This document shows positions 13,251-27,110 of a stretch of 64,000 bases of DNA, piece by piece (position 1 is the first letter of the stretch; each line of letters starts with the position of its first letter). Made by a program: the position numbers and the translations under genes. Origin of the DNA: Octopus bimaculoides. Taxonomy: Eukaryota. The stretch is from assembly GCF_001194135.2 (NCBI RefSeq), contig NC_068987.1:27301956-27365955 (forward strand). The letters are read 5' to 3'. The notes beneath the pieces were generated by a model. It saw only the letters and a program-made list of their open reading frames with translations, made no database searches and was not told the origin of the DNA.

Positions 13251-16200
13251 AATACAACTCGCATATATATACATATATATTGATATATGTGCATGCATAC
13301 ATACATAGACACATACGTACAAAAATATATGTGTGTGTGTGCATGTATATAATTGTATCAATTTAATGCATTTTCTGAATGAGTTACTAATATTTTATAG
13401 TAATTTAAAAAGGCATATTTATAAAATACGGTATGTATGTAAACATTGCTCACAAAATGTATTTTAATGATAAGAAAGACCTCTATGAAGTCCTTGAAAA
13501 ATTTAAGGTAGTTGACTCCTTTCTTCATGATGGTTTATTTAGAATATTCATCTGCTTCATCACTCTCATTCTCTTTAGCAGTCTCAGTAATGGAAGAGAC
13601 AAAAATTTGAATCTTGTGACATCTCAACAGGAGTAAAAGTTGTTCCGCCAAGTCCTTCCAGTCCCTTCTTAACCAAAATCTGGGGTCATACACTCCATGA
13701 TCGTAACTGTCAAATTTTCATTATTAAGGAATGATTGAATGTGCTTTTGATCTGCCACAGCTATATTCCTGCAGCAAAATGCTTGAAAATTTGATTGTTA
13801 CATGTTTCTAGATCTACATTTAAAGACCGTGATAATCTCCTGTATCTACGAAATATGTGTTACATATAATTTAATATAAATTCATGGATAGCTTAGGATT
13901 CCGAACTAAATTTTACAACAACAATCAAATGCAATTAGATGAATACTAGTTTCAGAAAAATCATATTTACATATTTAATAGTTAGTTAATCTCATATTCA
14001 GATATCTTGTTCATAATACAATGCTGAAAGAAACAGGAGTGCCTTTTTTCGCATCTTTTAAAACTGGATAAAATACAACGTTAAACACTACTTATGTACA
14101 TGCTTGTAGAACACTGATAACATAACGTAACCTTAGTAATACTTAAATCAATGATACTGTGCGTTTTGGAGTTATTCAGATTGTTATTAAGCAGTTTCAA
14201 TACACGCAAACAACAAACGAGCAAACAAACAAATACACACAGGTATATACTTATGAATTACATATATGAATATTTCTTTAATTGTAATATATTTTTTTAT
14301 TAGTGTGCAAGAAATGTTTAATGTAGTGTATCATTCGTGAATACTAAATTTGAAATTCTAGACGTGGTTATTTTTTTACATATTCTTTTTAAAATGCAAA
14401 CACCTGTACATATATAAAGTACCCTTGCTTTATACAAACAGAAATTACTACAATGCAGATGAATATTTAAGTAGTTTTAATGTACATATTAATCACTAAT
14501 TCTTTTTTAGGTATATTTTATTACATGCAACAAAAAATATTTATTTAGTTTATATTTTCTCAGGAATTAACTGACTGTATTTTGCCTGATATCATTACAG
14601 AAAAAAAAAATGGTAATTCCAGTAACATATTTCCTATATTAGAGTACGGAATCGTTTTATTTTCTTAAATTCTAATCTATTTTCTGTCAATCTCATATCA
14701 AAAATGCATGCATTAGAATATTAAAATTGTAAATATGTCTCAGTTGCACAAAGCTTAATCCGGTAAATATTTACGCACGGATGTCTATAATATTTATTTT
14801 GACGTGTCTTTGTATATGCAGTCAGAAATACCAAGTCTTTAGGCTCAGAAATTGGTCAATGATCAAATAAACGGCCAGATACAGAGCATAATGAATCTGA
14901 TAAAATTTACAACAGTTTAACATATTTGAAGTATCAGCGAGACGCTTAGTAATCAGTATGACGCCACCCTTAGGTGATCACTAACCCGTGCAGTTTATCC
15001 AAACACGTGAAATTATATTATATCAATTCTGGTTTCTTCTTGCAGGAAAATATCGCATTAAATACGTACAATTTTGCTACAGACAGGCTACATATGAAGT
15101 AATGTTTTGAATAGTTTCTTTTTTGAACAAGATATTTATCAATTTTGCATGCCTATATTCACACCTAAAACATTTCCAAATTTTTGGATACACGTACATG
15201 ATTCAGTCGCTCCCAACTTAGATAATTTAGTTTCCGAGAGGTCGCATGTATATATGATCAAGAAAAAGATCTCTTGTACAGTTACTCACGCAAACAAATA
15301 CGTATAATAAATTTATAAAGATGACCAACTTATTTCCAATACCGCCTCCACATTGTCGCTAATATGGTTTATGTCATGAATGAGTTACTGTAAAACAACG
15401 AAATCTTTAAATCAAATATCAAATAATTCTTCATATTTGTATATTCATATATACAACAGGTGTTCAGTTTATAAAAGTTTCTCCACTTTTATGAGCTATA
15501 GATTTTGTGTTACAGAATTCAGACCGAAATATACAATACATTATTATTTCAAATAATCTTGTAAAACACCTTCTGTATGTTCATTACTACTAGAAAAAAC
15601 AAACAAACAAACAAGAAAGGTTCTGAGAATTTTGGTTTCTCTTTTGAATGTATGTGCTTAAAGTATGCTCACAAATCCGATATCGTGTTACTAAAGCTGA
15701 ATCATAACAAGTCGGAATAGAGATGTATTGAATACCACGTATGACTTGAAGGATGTCTTGATACCTCACAATATACAAAAACAAACAAACAGAAACAAAA
15801 CAAAACATGTAACCATGATTCATCTTTATTAATACCGCACTTTATGTGATTCGTGTTGAGAGAGGGAACGTGTACTGTTCTTAGCAAGCACAATGATACG
15901 TGTGAAATTGATACAAATTGACGGTTTCGTAATGAAATATGCAGAGAGAGGAATTTCCAAATGGCTGATGTTCTGGGAGAAGATTAATTGGATGTAGTAG
16001 TTAGTGCGGGAACAAGGGGTGGTATGAACAATATGCGTTGCAAAAACATACGAGTACGTCAAGTGGGCATAGGCAGATATGGGTAGAAGCATTGCAGCTA
16101 CAAGAAGCAAAGATAAGTTGGGAAAGGGAGGGAAAACAGTACGTCAGTAGTACAGAATTTAATCTCAGTTCTGGGCTGATCCCGTGTCAGTCATCAATAT

Positions 16201-18459
16201 AGCTTTGCATAAGTGCTTCCTGCGATGTCCATTTGTGTCCTTCCAACACTGTCTTATAAATGGAAGCATTATACTATTGTGATTTACCCGTGAGCCTTGT
16301 AGAGGGTTAGCAACTACTGAGAGTTAAAGGCACATCTTTTCAGATGTAGTATTTTTGCGATGCTGTATCAATTTCAGATTAAATTAAACTAAGCGAAATC
16401 TATGTATAAGGCAGGTAGCAAGATTCTCCCCTTGGGAATAGCTTTATGCGTATATTCTCTTTTCATAATACAATAAATACATATTATATCCCAGAAATAT
16501 CTATGGAACACATAGTATATATATATCATTTTGCATATACAATACTTACAATTATATTTGGTAAATCTATAGTGAAATTTGCATTAGAAATAGCATATAA
16601 ATCGAATTATTTAGTTTTGACATGTATTGAAAGGAGTAATGTGAAGTCTATGGTACGCGTACTGTGAAAATTAAATTAGAATAAGCTTTTAAATTCATGT
16701 ATTTGCTTCTGGCACAGAATAGAACATATAAACGTATACTTTGCAATTTATATGGTATTAAATTTATGGTGCTAGTACTGGGAAATTTGGATCAGAAAAT
16801 ATATTTTAAGTTCGATATTTCGTTTTGGAATATAATAAAATACAGGAGAATTTGGCATTTATGCAGAACCAAGCGTGTGGTCATTTTTTAAATTCCATAA
16901 AGCTTTATAATTTCAGATCATTATCAGGGCAGGTTATTTTTTTTTCTAGCTATTTTGACATGTAAGGAATAAATAAGAATACTGTCTGTTAACTTATTTC
17001 CTAGATTTTTCTGAATGTGAAGCAAGTATTTCACTAGATTTGAGGTTTAAATATCATATATATCATTCCTAAGTGGGGAATTTAACTCAATACAAGCTAC
17101 TGAAATATTTGTCAAGTGTAATATCTCAATACAGAGTTAAGTCGTTACCTTAGTCAAATGCATCTTCGTTACAGATGCAATCAATCATCGTTGACAATGC
17201 AAGAATCATTCCCTTGTGTCTATATATTGACAGCTCTTATGATACCTAGAGGTGCCATACTAATGAATATACCGTCTGTTGCTGTCTAAACCCAGTTCAT
17301 CAACCTCTTCTGATATTAGATACTTGTGAAATACTAGGAAATCCTAAATTTATCTTACACATTTCAAATTCATATATCCAAGAAGGAAACCATTTATAAT
17401 TCGACACATTAGTATTATATGGATATAGATAACATTATTTGATATAAAAGGTCAACAGAAAGAAGTAAATAATATGAATTTCAATATTTTAGAAAAAAAA
17501 TTCTTATTTTGCTGAAGAAATATTTTTTTCATTTAATACAATAATCACTTCAAATCAACAAATGTTTCCTTCTTCAGTAAATGACATATTTCCGTAATGC
17601 CAATAGCATTTCTGGCACAATGACAGATTTAATATAAACTGTCGTAAATTATTTTAATGTTAACATGAAATCTCCCACAAACTAGATGGATATAATTTGT
17701 ATGCAGATAAATATGTAAAATATTCAATGATATATTCTTTTTCAATATACCGCTAACCAACAGTGGCTACCACAAATTTACACTTTTTTAGTAGGTCACA
17801 GACTATTAATACGAAAATTTGACACTAACTGAAACATAGTTTTCCTCATAAGGTATTTGGTTTAAAAACGTGTGCATATTGTTTACTTCATGTTAAATGC
17901 CTTAAATCGCGGATACATTTCAGTTGTTATTACTGTTCTACTCATTCTACGTTAATCTAGTATTAATTTAATAGAGCTAAGGAGGTGGTCTCTATGCGCT
18001 CCTTTGACCCGCTAAAAATAGCTAAATTCTCACGATTACACACTCCCACCAAAAGAAGGACATAATAACCAAAGGAATATAATTTTTTAAAAAAAGGAAC
18101 GAATGTTAAAGAAACAAGCAAGCTTTCCACCATTAATATGAAGCTGCTCACTCAAGACTGACCTGTAATGAAACATCACCTATTAAATTTATGTTCAAAT
18201 ATATATTGGACAATCCACAAACAACTGGCAACATATTCGAGTCATGCTTTGGAGAAGTGTGATATTTATCCATAGAGCAAAACTATAGTGCTCTAATAAA
18301 GTCCTTTGCTTTATATATCAGGAACCAGCAGACATATTCATATTTATTTAAGAGTGGCGTATGATTTCGAAGGTAATTTGGCAACTATTTGTACATGGTC
18401 AAATGGCCATGTCGAAACTACTTCATTGACACATGGTTATTATTGCGAAGTTGAAATTA

Positions 18460-18665
18460 CGAGGCTGTGTTGAAAAGGTCCTGGTTTTAAGTGTGTCACG
18501 AAAGGTTGGGCCTCCAGCCCAACCTTCTGAGTTCTTTTACAGAGCTGAAATACCTATCTATTAGGTGTGTGAATGTGAGAGTGGAATATTTTGAATAAAA
18601 TCATAATTATTTGATCCTCCTGTATTTCCTTTACCCAAATCCAGGAACTTTTCAGCATAACTTTG
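18460..18665. mobile_element. Mariner-type MITE with ~25-bp imperfect TIRs and TA TSD
   Basis: TA|cgaggctgtgttgaaaaggtcctgg ... ccaggaacttttcagcataactttg|TA, with TA at 18458-18459 and 18666-18667. Confidence 0.65.
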
Positions 18666-18910
18666 TAAATACTCGTAGCTAAGGCTTCATAGAGCTAGAG
18701 CGGAATTCGATAACCTTTAAACATAACACTGGAATCCATGCAAGAGACCAAACAAAATTTTCCATGAATATTCAAGCGCAATAATACTTTACTTTGACAT
18801 GTATCCACTACGTTAATTACAACGATCTTAATAGCCTAAGGTGGGCTGAAATGATTTTACTGCTAGGTGTTCTCCAACTGAAAAACACTTTCTAATAATA
18901 GCCACAATTT

Positions 18911-19342
18911 GAAGGTGGCGAGCTGGCAGAAACGTTAGCATGCCGGGCGAAATGTTTAGCAGTATTTCTTCTGCTGCTACATTCTGAGATCAAATTACGC
19001 CGAGGTCGACTTTGCCTTTCATCCTTTCGAGGTCGATTAAATAAGTACCAGTTACGCACTGGGGTCGATATAATCGACTTAATCCGTTTGTCTGTCCTTG
19101 TTTGTCCCCTCTGTGTATAGCCTCTTGTTGGCAGCAAAGAAATAAGAAACGTTAGCACGCCCGGCGAAATGCTTAGCGTTATATCGTCTGTCTTTACGTT
19201 CTGAGTTCAAATTCCGCCGAGGTTGACTTTACATCTCATTCTTTCGGAGTCGATAAAGCAAATACCAGTTGCGTACTTGGGTAGATATAATCGACTGGCT
19301 ACCTCTCCCAAAATTTCGGGCCTTGTGCCTAGAGTAGAAAAG
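18911..19342 (+). mobile_element. Head-to-tail dimer of a tRNA-derived core SINE, flanked by a 17-bp TSD
   Basis: Two units sharing aacgttagca..cgaaatg.ttagc..ttctgag.tcaaatt.cgccgaggt.gacttt..ctttcg..gtcgat..taccagtt. Direct repeat aataatagccacaattt at 18894-18910 and 19343-19359. Confidence 0.85.
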
Positions 19343-19899
19343 AATAATAGCCACAATTTTGTGGGTCAATGTCACAAACCTTAGTACGTGAATATTAACT
19401 TTTTCGAACTCAATCAAGATGAAATGTAATGTTGACGCTGATGTAAATTAAGCATGGAGTGTATAGTGGCATAACAAAGAACCACTAACCATGTCGCCCA
19501 AACATAGCAAAGTATTTGCGAATCAAATGCTATCCAAAAACTAAATATACCAAAGCTAAAATCCTTGAGACATAGAAGTGGATTATCATTTATTTCTTGC
19601 ATAAGATTAAATACAATTACTGACAACTGGGGTAGTATTAATTTTATTGTAACTTGTACTTTTATAAAATGTACGACTGATAAGAGTCATATAACAAATA
19701 TATTACGCAGAAGTGGTCTGAGGAATTTATTTGAAAGGAAATAATTCTACATGCAAATTTTAACATATAATTATATAAACGTTCCAATGTATGATTTCAG
19801 TTCATAAAATGTCAGTTTATCTTGCAATGGAAATATTTTGATGAGAGATATTTTAAAATATTCTTCATCGTGTTGAAACAGCAAAGAATGTATAAGAAT

Positions 19900-20500
19900 T
19901 TTATTAGTCTCATTAGCAGATTATAAACTATCAAAAATATTGAAAGAAATTAATCAATTCTAATATACCTAAAAGGTAACCTCAAATCGAATGCAATCAT
20001 TTGGATTTCATACTACTTAATATCATCAATGAAAACATCAGCAGAAGAATGGAAAATAGCTATTGATATGAGAGGTTTTACTGCCTCAGATAATGAAGTT
20101 TTTGAAAGCAAAAACAAAAAGATCCTAAAATACAATACAGCTGTCTAATGTTTAATTCTGAGGAAGTTAGTTAAAAGTTATGAACAGAATATTCTTGCAA
20201 TTAGGCACAGGAATTAAATTAAGATCCCACAATCAAGTAATTGCCTCAGGCCTGTATTCTAATTCCTATTTACTGTTTAATAATAAATGACATTTTCATT
20301 GAATAAGGAAGAACGGTAAAGAAGTTATCAGAATGATGCCGTATTGTATACTTTTAGCAAAAAGGTTCTTAGAGAAAGAGAGACACAAACCACAATAACA
20401 ATGAGAAAAAAGTCGACACATAAGGTGTTAGAATGAAGTGATAATAATTGTACGACTATTGATTAAAACTATCGATTTCATAAGTAACAAAACAAGCACT
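19900..20500 (+). mobile_element. Highly decayed LINE reverse transcriptase remnant
   Basis: LPQACILIPIYCLIINDIF (20241-20297) resembles GVPQGS.LSP.LF..YINDI, followed by YQNDAVLY resembling YADD..LY. Confidence 0.45.
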
Positions 20501-21467
20501 TAGAGTATGACAGAATTATTGGGAAAATATTGATAATTCTAGATACAATTAAAATTGAGTATGTGTCGATTTCTCCGTTATAATAACATAACATTTTTAA
20601 ATAGAAATATCCCATTCACTTCAGTCAGTTAAACTGAAAATGAAGAACACTGAAATCAGTAACCTTCTCAAAAAGAAGAGAAAATCAATGTTTGAGCATC
20701 TTGGCTCAGGTATAGAGTTACTTGTCTTCAACATTTACCGAAGACTTCAGCTAGACATATCGATCATATTATATTTACGGCTTATATTCACGAAGGAATG
20801 TATTTATGGAGAGAATTGTATATGTAAAATGAAGAAAACTCAGATGTCTTTTTGAAAATGAATCTGCTACAGCTTTTTATAACAATGTATGTTAGTTGTA
20901 CATTTAAATTATGACATATTGTTATTGAAATCATCATTTCATTAAATGTCCCAAGAAAGCAAATTTTGAAGATAATTATAGCGAGCGAGAAATTATAATT
21001 TCTCTCATCCAATCATCTAGTTATTGATTAAAATGTTTGCTATATAATCTGCTCGGACAAAGTATATCGTGAGTAAATTCTTTAAAATAATTACTTACTA
21101 CATTACACCCAAAATAGAATATATTTGATGGGAAAGTAATATAGAAGTTAGAGTTATACATCATATGTTGTATGTGGACATTATGATAATCACGGGCATA
21201 CACAAAAAAACTTTAGCGACTGGGAGGGATATATGTGTTCATATGTTGATCGACACAGATTGCTTATATATATTTTTGAAATTCGGAAGACCTTTCCATC
21301 TTTTACCCCAGGAACTTCCATTCGAATTTATATGATATATATATATATATAATTTTACTTGTTTCAGTCATATTATTGAAATATACATATGTGTATTTGA
21401 AGTTACATTTCGGACTCTGTTCATTATCAGTTTATGCGTTAATCAGCATTCACTATAAACTCCTATT

Positions 21468-21910
21468 AGGGCGGCGTGCCGCCAGAACTGTTGTACGCCG
21501 GGTAAAATACTTAGCGGCATTTCGTCCGTCTTCAAGTTTTGGTTTCAAATTCTGCCTTGTTCGATTTTCCGTTTCTTCCTTTTGAGATCGTTAAGATTAA
21601 TACTAAATGATGAATGGTTGCGAAGTAATTGAGTTCCCTTCTCCCCGGAATTGCTGGTGCTGTGCCAAAAGCTGAAACTAATATACCCTCATATAAAGAC
21701 AGTATCGTTAGCACACCGAGCAAAATGCTTAGCGTCATTTCGTTTGTCATTTTCTCCGTCTTTGTGCCGTGAGTTCAAATTCCGGCGCGGTCGAACTTGC
21801 CTTTCACTCTTCCGAGGTCAATAAATAAGTACGAGTTAAGAATTGTGGGTTGATGTAAGCAACTTACCTCTTTCCTACGCTTTCTGGCCTTGCACCAAAA
21901 TTTGAAACCG
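21468..21910 (+). mobile_element. Two tandem decayed copies of the core SINE
   Basis: ggcggcgtgccgccagaactgttg..ttagcggcatttcgtccgtc and atcgttagcacaccgagcaaaatgcttagcg..gagttcaaattccggcgcggtcgaacttgcctttc. Confidence 0.7.
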
Positions 21911-22709
21911 ACATACACTCTTATGTACACTTATATATTATTACTTACACGTAAACGCACGCAAGCGAGCACACACTCTATCATACGCACCAATCCAATC
22001 ACGCCTACATACACATGTGTGAATGTTAGTTAACTTTGGATTAGATTGTGAATCAAATAAAGGAGATAGACTTCTAGATATTTCCAAAAAAGTCTTTAAA
22101 AATGCATCCTCTTTTGATTTATTTACTGATTCTACAAAGAAAATGCCAAGCTTATAGCAGCAATGCTTTTAGATAATATTTTGACATTCCTTCTTAAACA
22201 TAAGGTCAAAATTATTTGAGGATAAGATGATTGAAAAGTTTTCTGGGACTTGTCACCAGTGGTTTTGAATTAATATAGCGAATCCAATTCAATCTTATAT
22301 TCGTAACTTGATTTTATTTTCACACTTGATTTCAGCGCTGCATATCTATTGGGTTAAACGGAAGCTTTACAGTTCTGGTTCAGTAGATATACCACATTAC
22401 TCTGAATTTGATAAAATTAGTAAATGACATATCCAAGTATTGTAATTAATTTAATTGAGGAGAACAGTGACTATATTTGCTTTAGTTCGATTTAATCATC
22501 AACTAAAATCTTCCGAGACTTAGTTTTTGTTGTTGAAATGAGTGGAACAAACGCGGAAATGAAACTACGTCTAGTATAGACTGAACACTGCCTATTGTTA
22601 GAATTCTGTAAAAGGAGACGCATGTGTAGCTGTAGGATTGAATCAGCTGGGTGTATAGCATTGATAAATAAGATTTATCACTAAGAAAAATGACTTAAGG
22701 TTTTTACGC

Positions 22710-22744
<35 letters not shown>

Positions 22745-23569
22745 TNNNNNNNNNNNNNNNNNNNNNNNNNNNNNNNNNNNNNNNNNNNNNNNNNNNNNNN
22801 NNNNNNNNNNNNNNNNNNNNNNNNNNNNNNNNNNNNNNNNNNNNNNNNNNNNNNNNNNNNNNNNNNNNNNNNNNNNNNNNNNNNNNNNNNNNNNNNNNNN
22901 NNNNNNNNNNNNNNNNNNNNNNNNNNNNNNNNNNNNNNNNNNNNNNNNNNNNNNNNNNNNNNNNNNNNNNNNNNNNNNNNNNNNNNNNNNNNNNNNNNNN
23001 NNNNNNNNNNNNNNNNNNNNNNNNNNNNNNNNNNNNNNNNNNNNNNNNNNNNNNNNNNNNNNNNNNNNNNNNNNNNNNNNNNNNNNNNNNNNNNNNNNNN
23101 NNNNNNNNNNNNNNNNNNNNNNNNNNNNNNNNNNNNNNNNNNNNNNNNNNNNNNNNNNNNNNNNNNNNNNNNNNNNNNNNNNNNNNNNNNNNNNNNNNNN
23201 NNNNNNNNNNNNNNNNNNNNNNNNNNNNNNNNNNNNNNNNNNNNNNNNNNNNNNNNNNNNNNNNNNNNNNNNNNNNNNNNNNNNNNNNNNNNNNNNNNNN
23301 NNNNNNNNNNNNNNNNNNNNNNNNNNNNNNNNNNNNNNNNNNNNNNNNNNNNNNNNNNNNNNNNNNNNNNNNNNNNNNNNNNNNNNNNNNNNNNNNNNNN
23401 NNNNNNNNNNNNNNNNNNNNNNNNNNNNNNNNNNNNNNNNNNNNNNNNNNNNNNNNNNNNNNNNNNNNNNNNNNNNNNNNNNNNNNNNNNNNNNNNNNNN
23501 NNNNNNNNNNNGCGGAAATAGATTTTCTGCAAGCTTGCCAAAATTGTGGAGTACAGGAACCCCTCACCA

Positions 23570-23570
<1 letters not shown>

Positions 23571-23610
<40 letters not shown>

Positions 23611-23664
23611 GTATTAGTAGTAGTAGTAGTAGTAGTAGTTGTAGTAGTAGTAGTAGTAGTAGTT

Positions 23665-23719
<55 letters not shown>

Positions 23720-23747
23720 CTGTAGTTATAGTAGTAGTAGTAGTAGT
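23571..23747. repeat. Interrupted (AGT)n microsatellite
   Basis: Direct reading. Confidence 0.97.
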
Positions 23748-26671
23748 TTCAGTTACTGATGTTGGTTATTAGTCTCTTGAAACTGGCATCTTTTTTGTGC
23801 TACTATTGCATATCTATCTTTTGGAATAGTTTCTTACCTCCAGAGACGTGTTTAGCCAGATGACAATCCCCATTGTCATTAGTAAAAGAAGATATTATAT
23901 CAACGGAATTACCTTTACTTTTATTTTGCGAGAATTTAAGGTTCTTCGGATTTAAAAAAAATTGTTTGTTCATTGTTTACCTGAATAATCTCAGTTAATC
24001 GAATGTCTTAGAACTTGCTATATTATATATGTATCTACATTTTGAAAAAATTCCCGTGAACAAATTACCCTCAGCCTGTGGTAACATAATTTTGCGGTGT
24101 TAGTTTGTGGTTGTAGACGCTTATTTATATGCTTACGTAGGTGTAGTATCTGCGGGTGTGTATGTATACTTATTGATATGCTTGAAGATTTAAAGTTAGA
24201 ATAACTAATGAGGGAAATGTGGCAAGGGAACTATTTCAAGAGAGAATATACCTTCTTAACTATTTTGTAAACAAGTCAACCACTAAATACTTTCGAGAAT
24301 GAGATATTAAGTATTAGTCAAGTATACATTGATATTGAGAATTAAATGAATACAAGTACGTAAGTAAAAGACTGACAGAGAGTCGTTTAATTTTTGGCAG
24401 CGATGTACAGCCTCTTTCAGAATAAACCGCACAGTTATACTAATCATTTCATTGCCATCACTATCATTGTCTGCGTGACCCCGCATAACAATCTATTTCC
24501 TCATTTAACAACATTTCCGCTTGTGAAACATTTATTTTGTTTCTGATCTTCTGAGAAGCTATTCACTACTATGACACGTTATACAAAAGTCAAGTGATTA
24601 TGAATGCATAACTAGTGGTATTTGTTACCGTTCCCGCATTTCCCTTCTTCAATACATTATTTCATCAACATTGTTCGCAAATCTATCAGGCGGATGGAAC
24701 ACAATGTCTTCAACTACATTTGATAATAAAGCCGTGAAGGAGAAAGGTTACGGTTAGTAAGACACAAATTTTGAGCCTTTAAGTAGAATTTTGTAATGAC
24801 AACTGAAGTATGTGTTTCATACCCAGCAGCTTTATTTTCTCCTTTGAAACATTAATATATGAATAAATGCTGAGAGGTATCTAATTAAAAAGTTGCTTTC
24901 TGTTGAATGTTCACTTCAGAAATACATTTATAAGGGAGTTGTGCAGTTAATATTGTCTCCTTTTACTGAGATCTAAAAGTCACAATACCTCTCACTCTTT
25001 CCAATGAATTAATCCTTAAATACGATATTTAAAATAAGCATTATAAAACCTAGTAATGCAGCAATAACTAATGAGAATCATTTACATTATGGAAGTTCCA
25101 GTTTAGAGGATAAACCATATTTTGACCTCTAGATATAAAAAGAATACTGCTGTCTATAAAATATAGAATAGCATTTCAGAATAATGTGGTGGTGGCTGTA
25201 TATTTGCTCTCGTACGACTAAATTCCAGGCACAATAACGGCAATATATTTGTTGTTAAAGCATTATGGAAAATTCTGTTATAGATAAGTAGATTATATTT
25301 CTAAAAAGTGTTTCACGTCATATTTCAATTGCCACAGAGTAGAGATTCCTGTTCCCTAAATTATTAAATGCCCTGTACCTAACATTATATCTTTCATTTC
25401 AATACGCATTTAGGAATTACTTCAAGTGAACATATATTATAAGTAGCGATAATACGTTTCATACTTCATAGAAGACTCCCAACATTCTGGTCAAATCAAT
25501 AAAAATAAGTAATTACTGTAACTGTTGTTAGATATTGTTCCTTGATTATGGAAACTGTAAAATGGAGCTAAAAAGTTATCAGTAGCTACTGAAAATATGC
25601 ATTCCTCCCCTGGTTAATACAACATAATGCACAAATAAAATAGGGGCAATCAATTATTACAAATGAATTTAACAATTAAACCTATTTACATAGCAAAAGC
25701 ACAACAAGTCCAAAATATTGAGAAGTTTGTGTAATATATCTGAAACTAAAAGCACCGGTCATTTCCATCTAGTTGAAGGACTACTGACAAACTATATATT
25801 TTAACGTCAGTATATAATGTGGTTTTGTAAAGTGAAGTAATATAGCAGCATAAACATGTGGCCGATTTTTCAAGAAGCATGCATAGAAAGCAAACAGGAT
25901 TTCACGTCACATTAAACACAGTAGGGTACATTGATTCCAAATTTATTGAATACCCATCCTCACTGTTTGATTTACAAGTAAGCCATTGCCTAATTGCAGA
26001 GAAAGCATTCTCTGCAAACTAGTCGGCTTACAAAACAGGCATTTACAAATGCGTTTTTATCATGAATATTAACATTTGAAGATTTGAATGTCAACAGCTG
26101 TTTAACTTCACACTTCATATACGTATTGCAATATTTCAAAACCTACTTATTTACAGTTATCCTCTGTAGAGATATTCATATTCAACAACATCCCTGACAT
26201 TTTCTTTCATTTGAAGCTATAAGACGTCTGTGAATATATATGGCCTCAATAGAGGCATACACATACCAACAAAAATATATTTATACATGAAAATGAAGAT
26301 GTTTAAACAGGTGCAGGTTATCTTTCTGATTTAACTACATGATCATATAAAAATAACACTAAAATATGTTGGTGCTCTGGTATTTGAACGATATTAAAAT
26401 TAACTCTACGAAATGTACGAACGAAACTATCTAGCTGTAGCTTCTAGGTTAGCTTCGGATAATACGTTAAAGTTTTATTCAACTAGAAAAATATTAGATA
26501 TATAATCGTACACATGATACAAAATATCATATATATGATGTGCAAGTATCGGGCCCACAAACCTGTTATAAAGTACCATAAATTGGTTGTAAACCACATT
26601 ATTTTGAGATTATTTTATGTTAAAAGTTTGTAAATAGACGTGTGGCTTACACACACACACAAATATATATG

Positions 26672-26770
<99 letters not shown>

Positions 26771-26829
26771 TTGAGTCTTCCGTCGGTTACGACGTATGAG
26801 GGTCCCGAAATCTAAACTTTTTTTGTCAG

Positions 26830-27110
26830 TCACAAAACTAGAATGCAACATTTGAGTCCCGTCATCGATTTGAAAAGAATCCTGCTCATGTTACAAGTAT
26901 GTGGATTATGGGTCAGTGCAGGAGGTATATTTGCAATCGCTTTTCTCCTTCGCCTTGAACCACTTAGCCTGTTAAAGCTATTTGAAACAAAGGCCTTTAT
27001 ACGATTTTGAAATGATATGATTTCCATTGTGTTCGGTCCAAGGCTGTTTGTTCAACGGTGTTGTGAGCTATATTGACGACTGAGATGTTACTCAACAGTT
27101 TTCTCTTATA
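26830..27110 (-). mobile_element. Probable RTE-clade LINE 3' remnant
   Basis: Minus-strand EQTALDRTQWK resembles the RTE C-terminal A.DR..WR motif; disrupted. Confidence 0.4.

Noticed and set aside
13540-13760. Minus-strand RDWKDLAEQL, resembling a death-domain helix
   Set aside because: Only a short word; the frame does not extend into a death-domain pattern and the splice signals are poor.
15895-16095. Minus-strand phase 1-1 open exon candidate with a good acceptor
   Set aside because: No homology, a weak donor and no linkable neighbouring exons.
22681-23570. Long ORFs of 130-314 aa in the track (also at 36.9, 40.5, 46.5, 48.0 and 61.6 kb)
   Set aside because: They run through N gaps and TA/CA microsatellites, so they are artefacts. 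Only the non-N part of 61674-62549 has real (R4 LINE) coding content.
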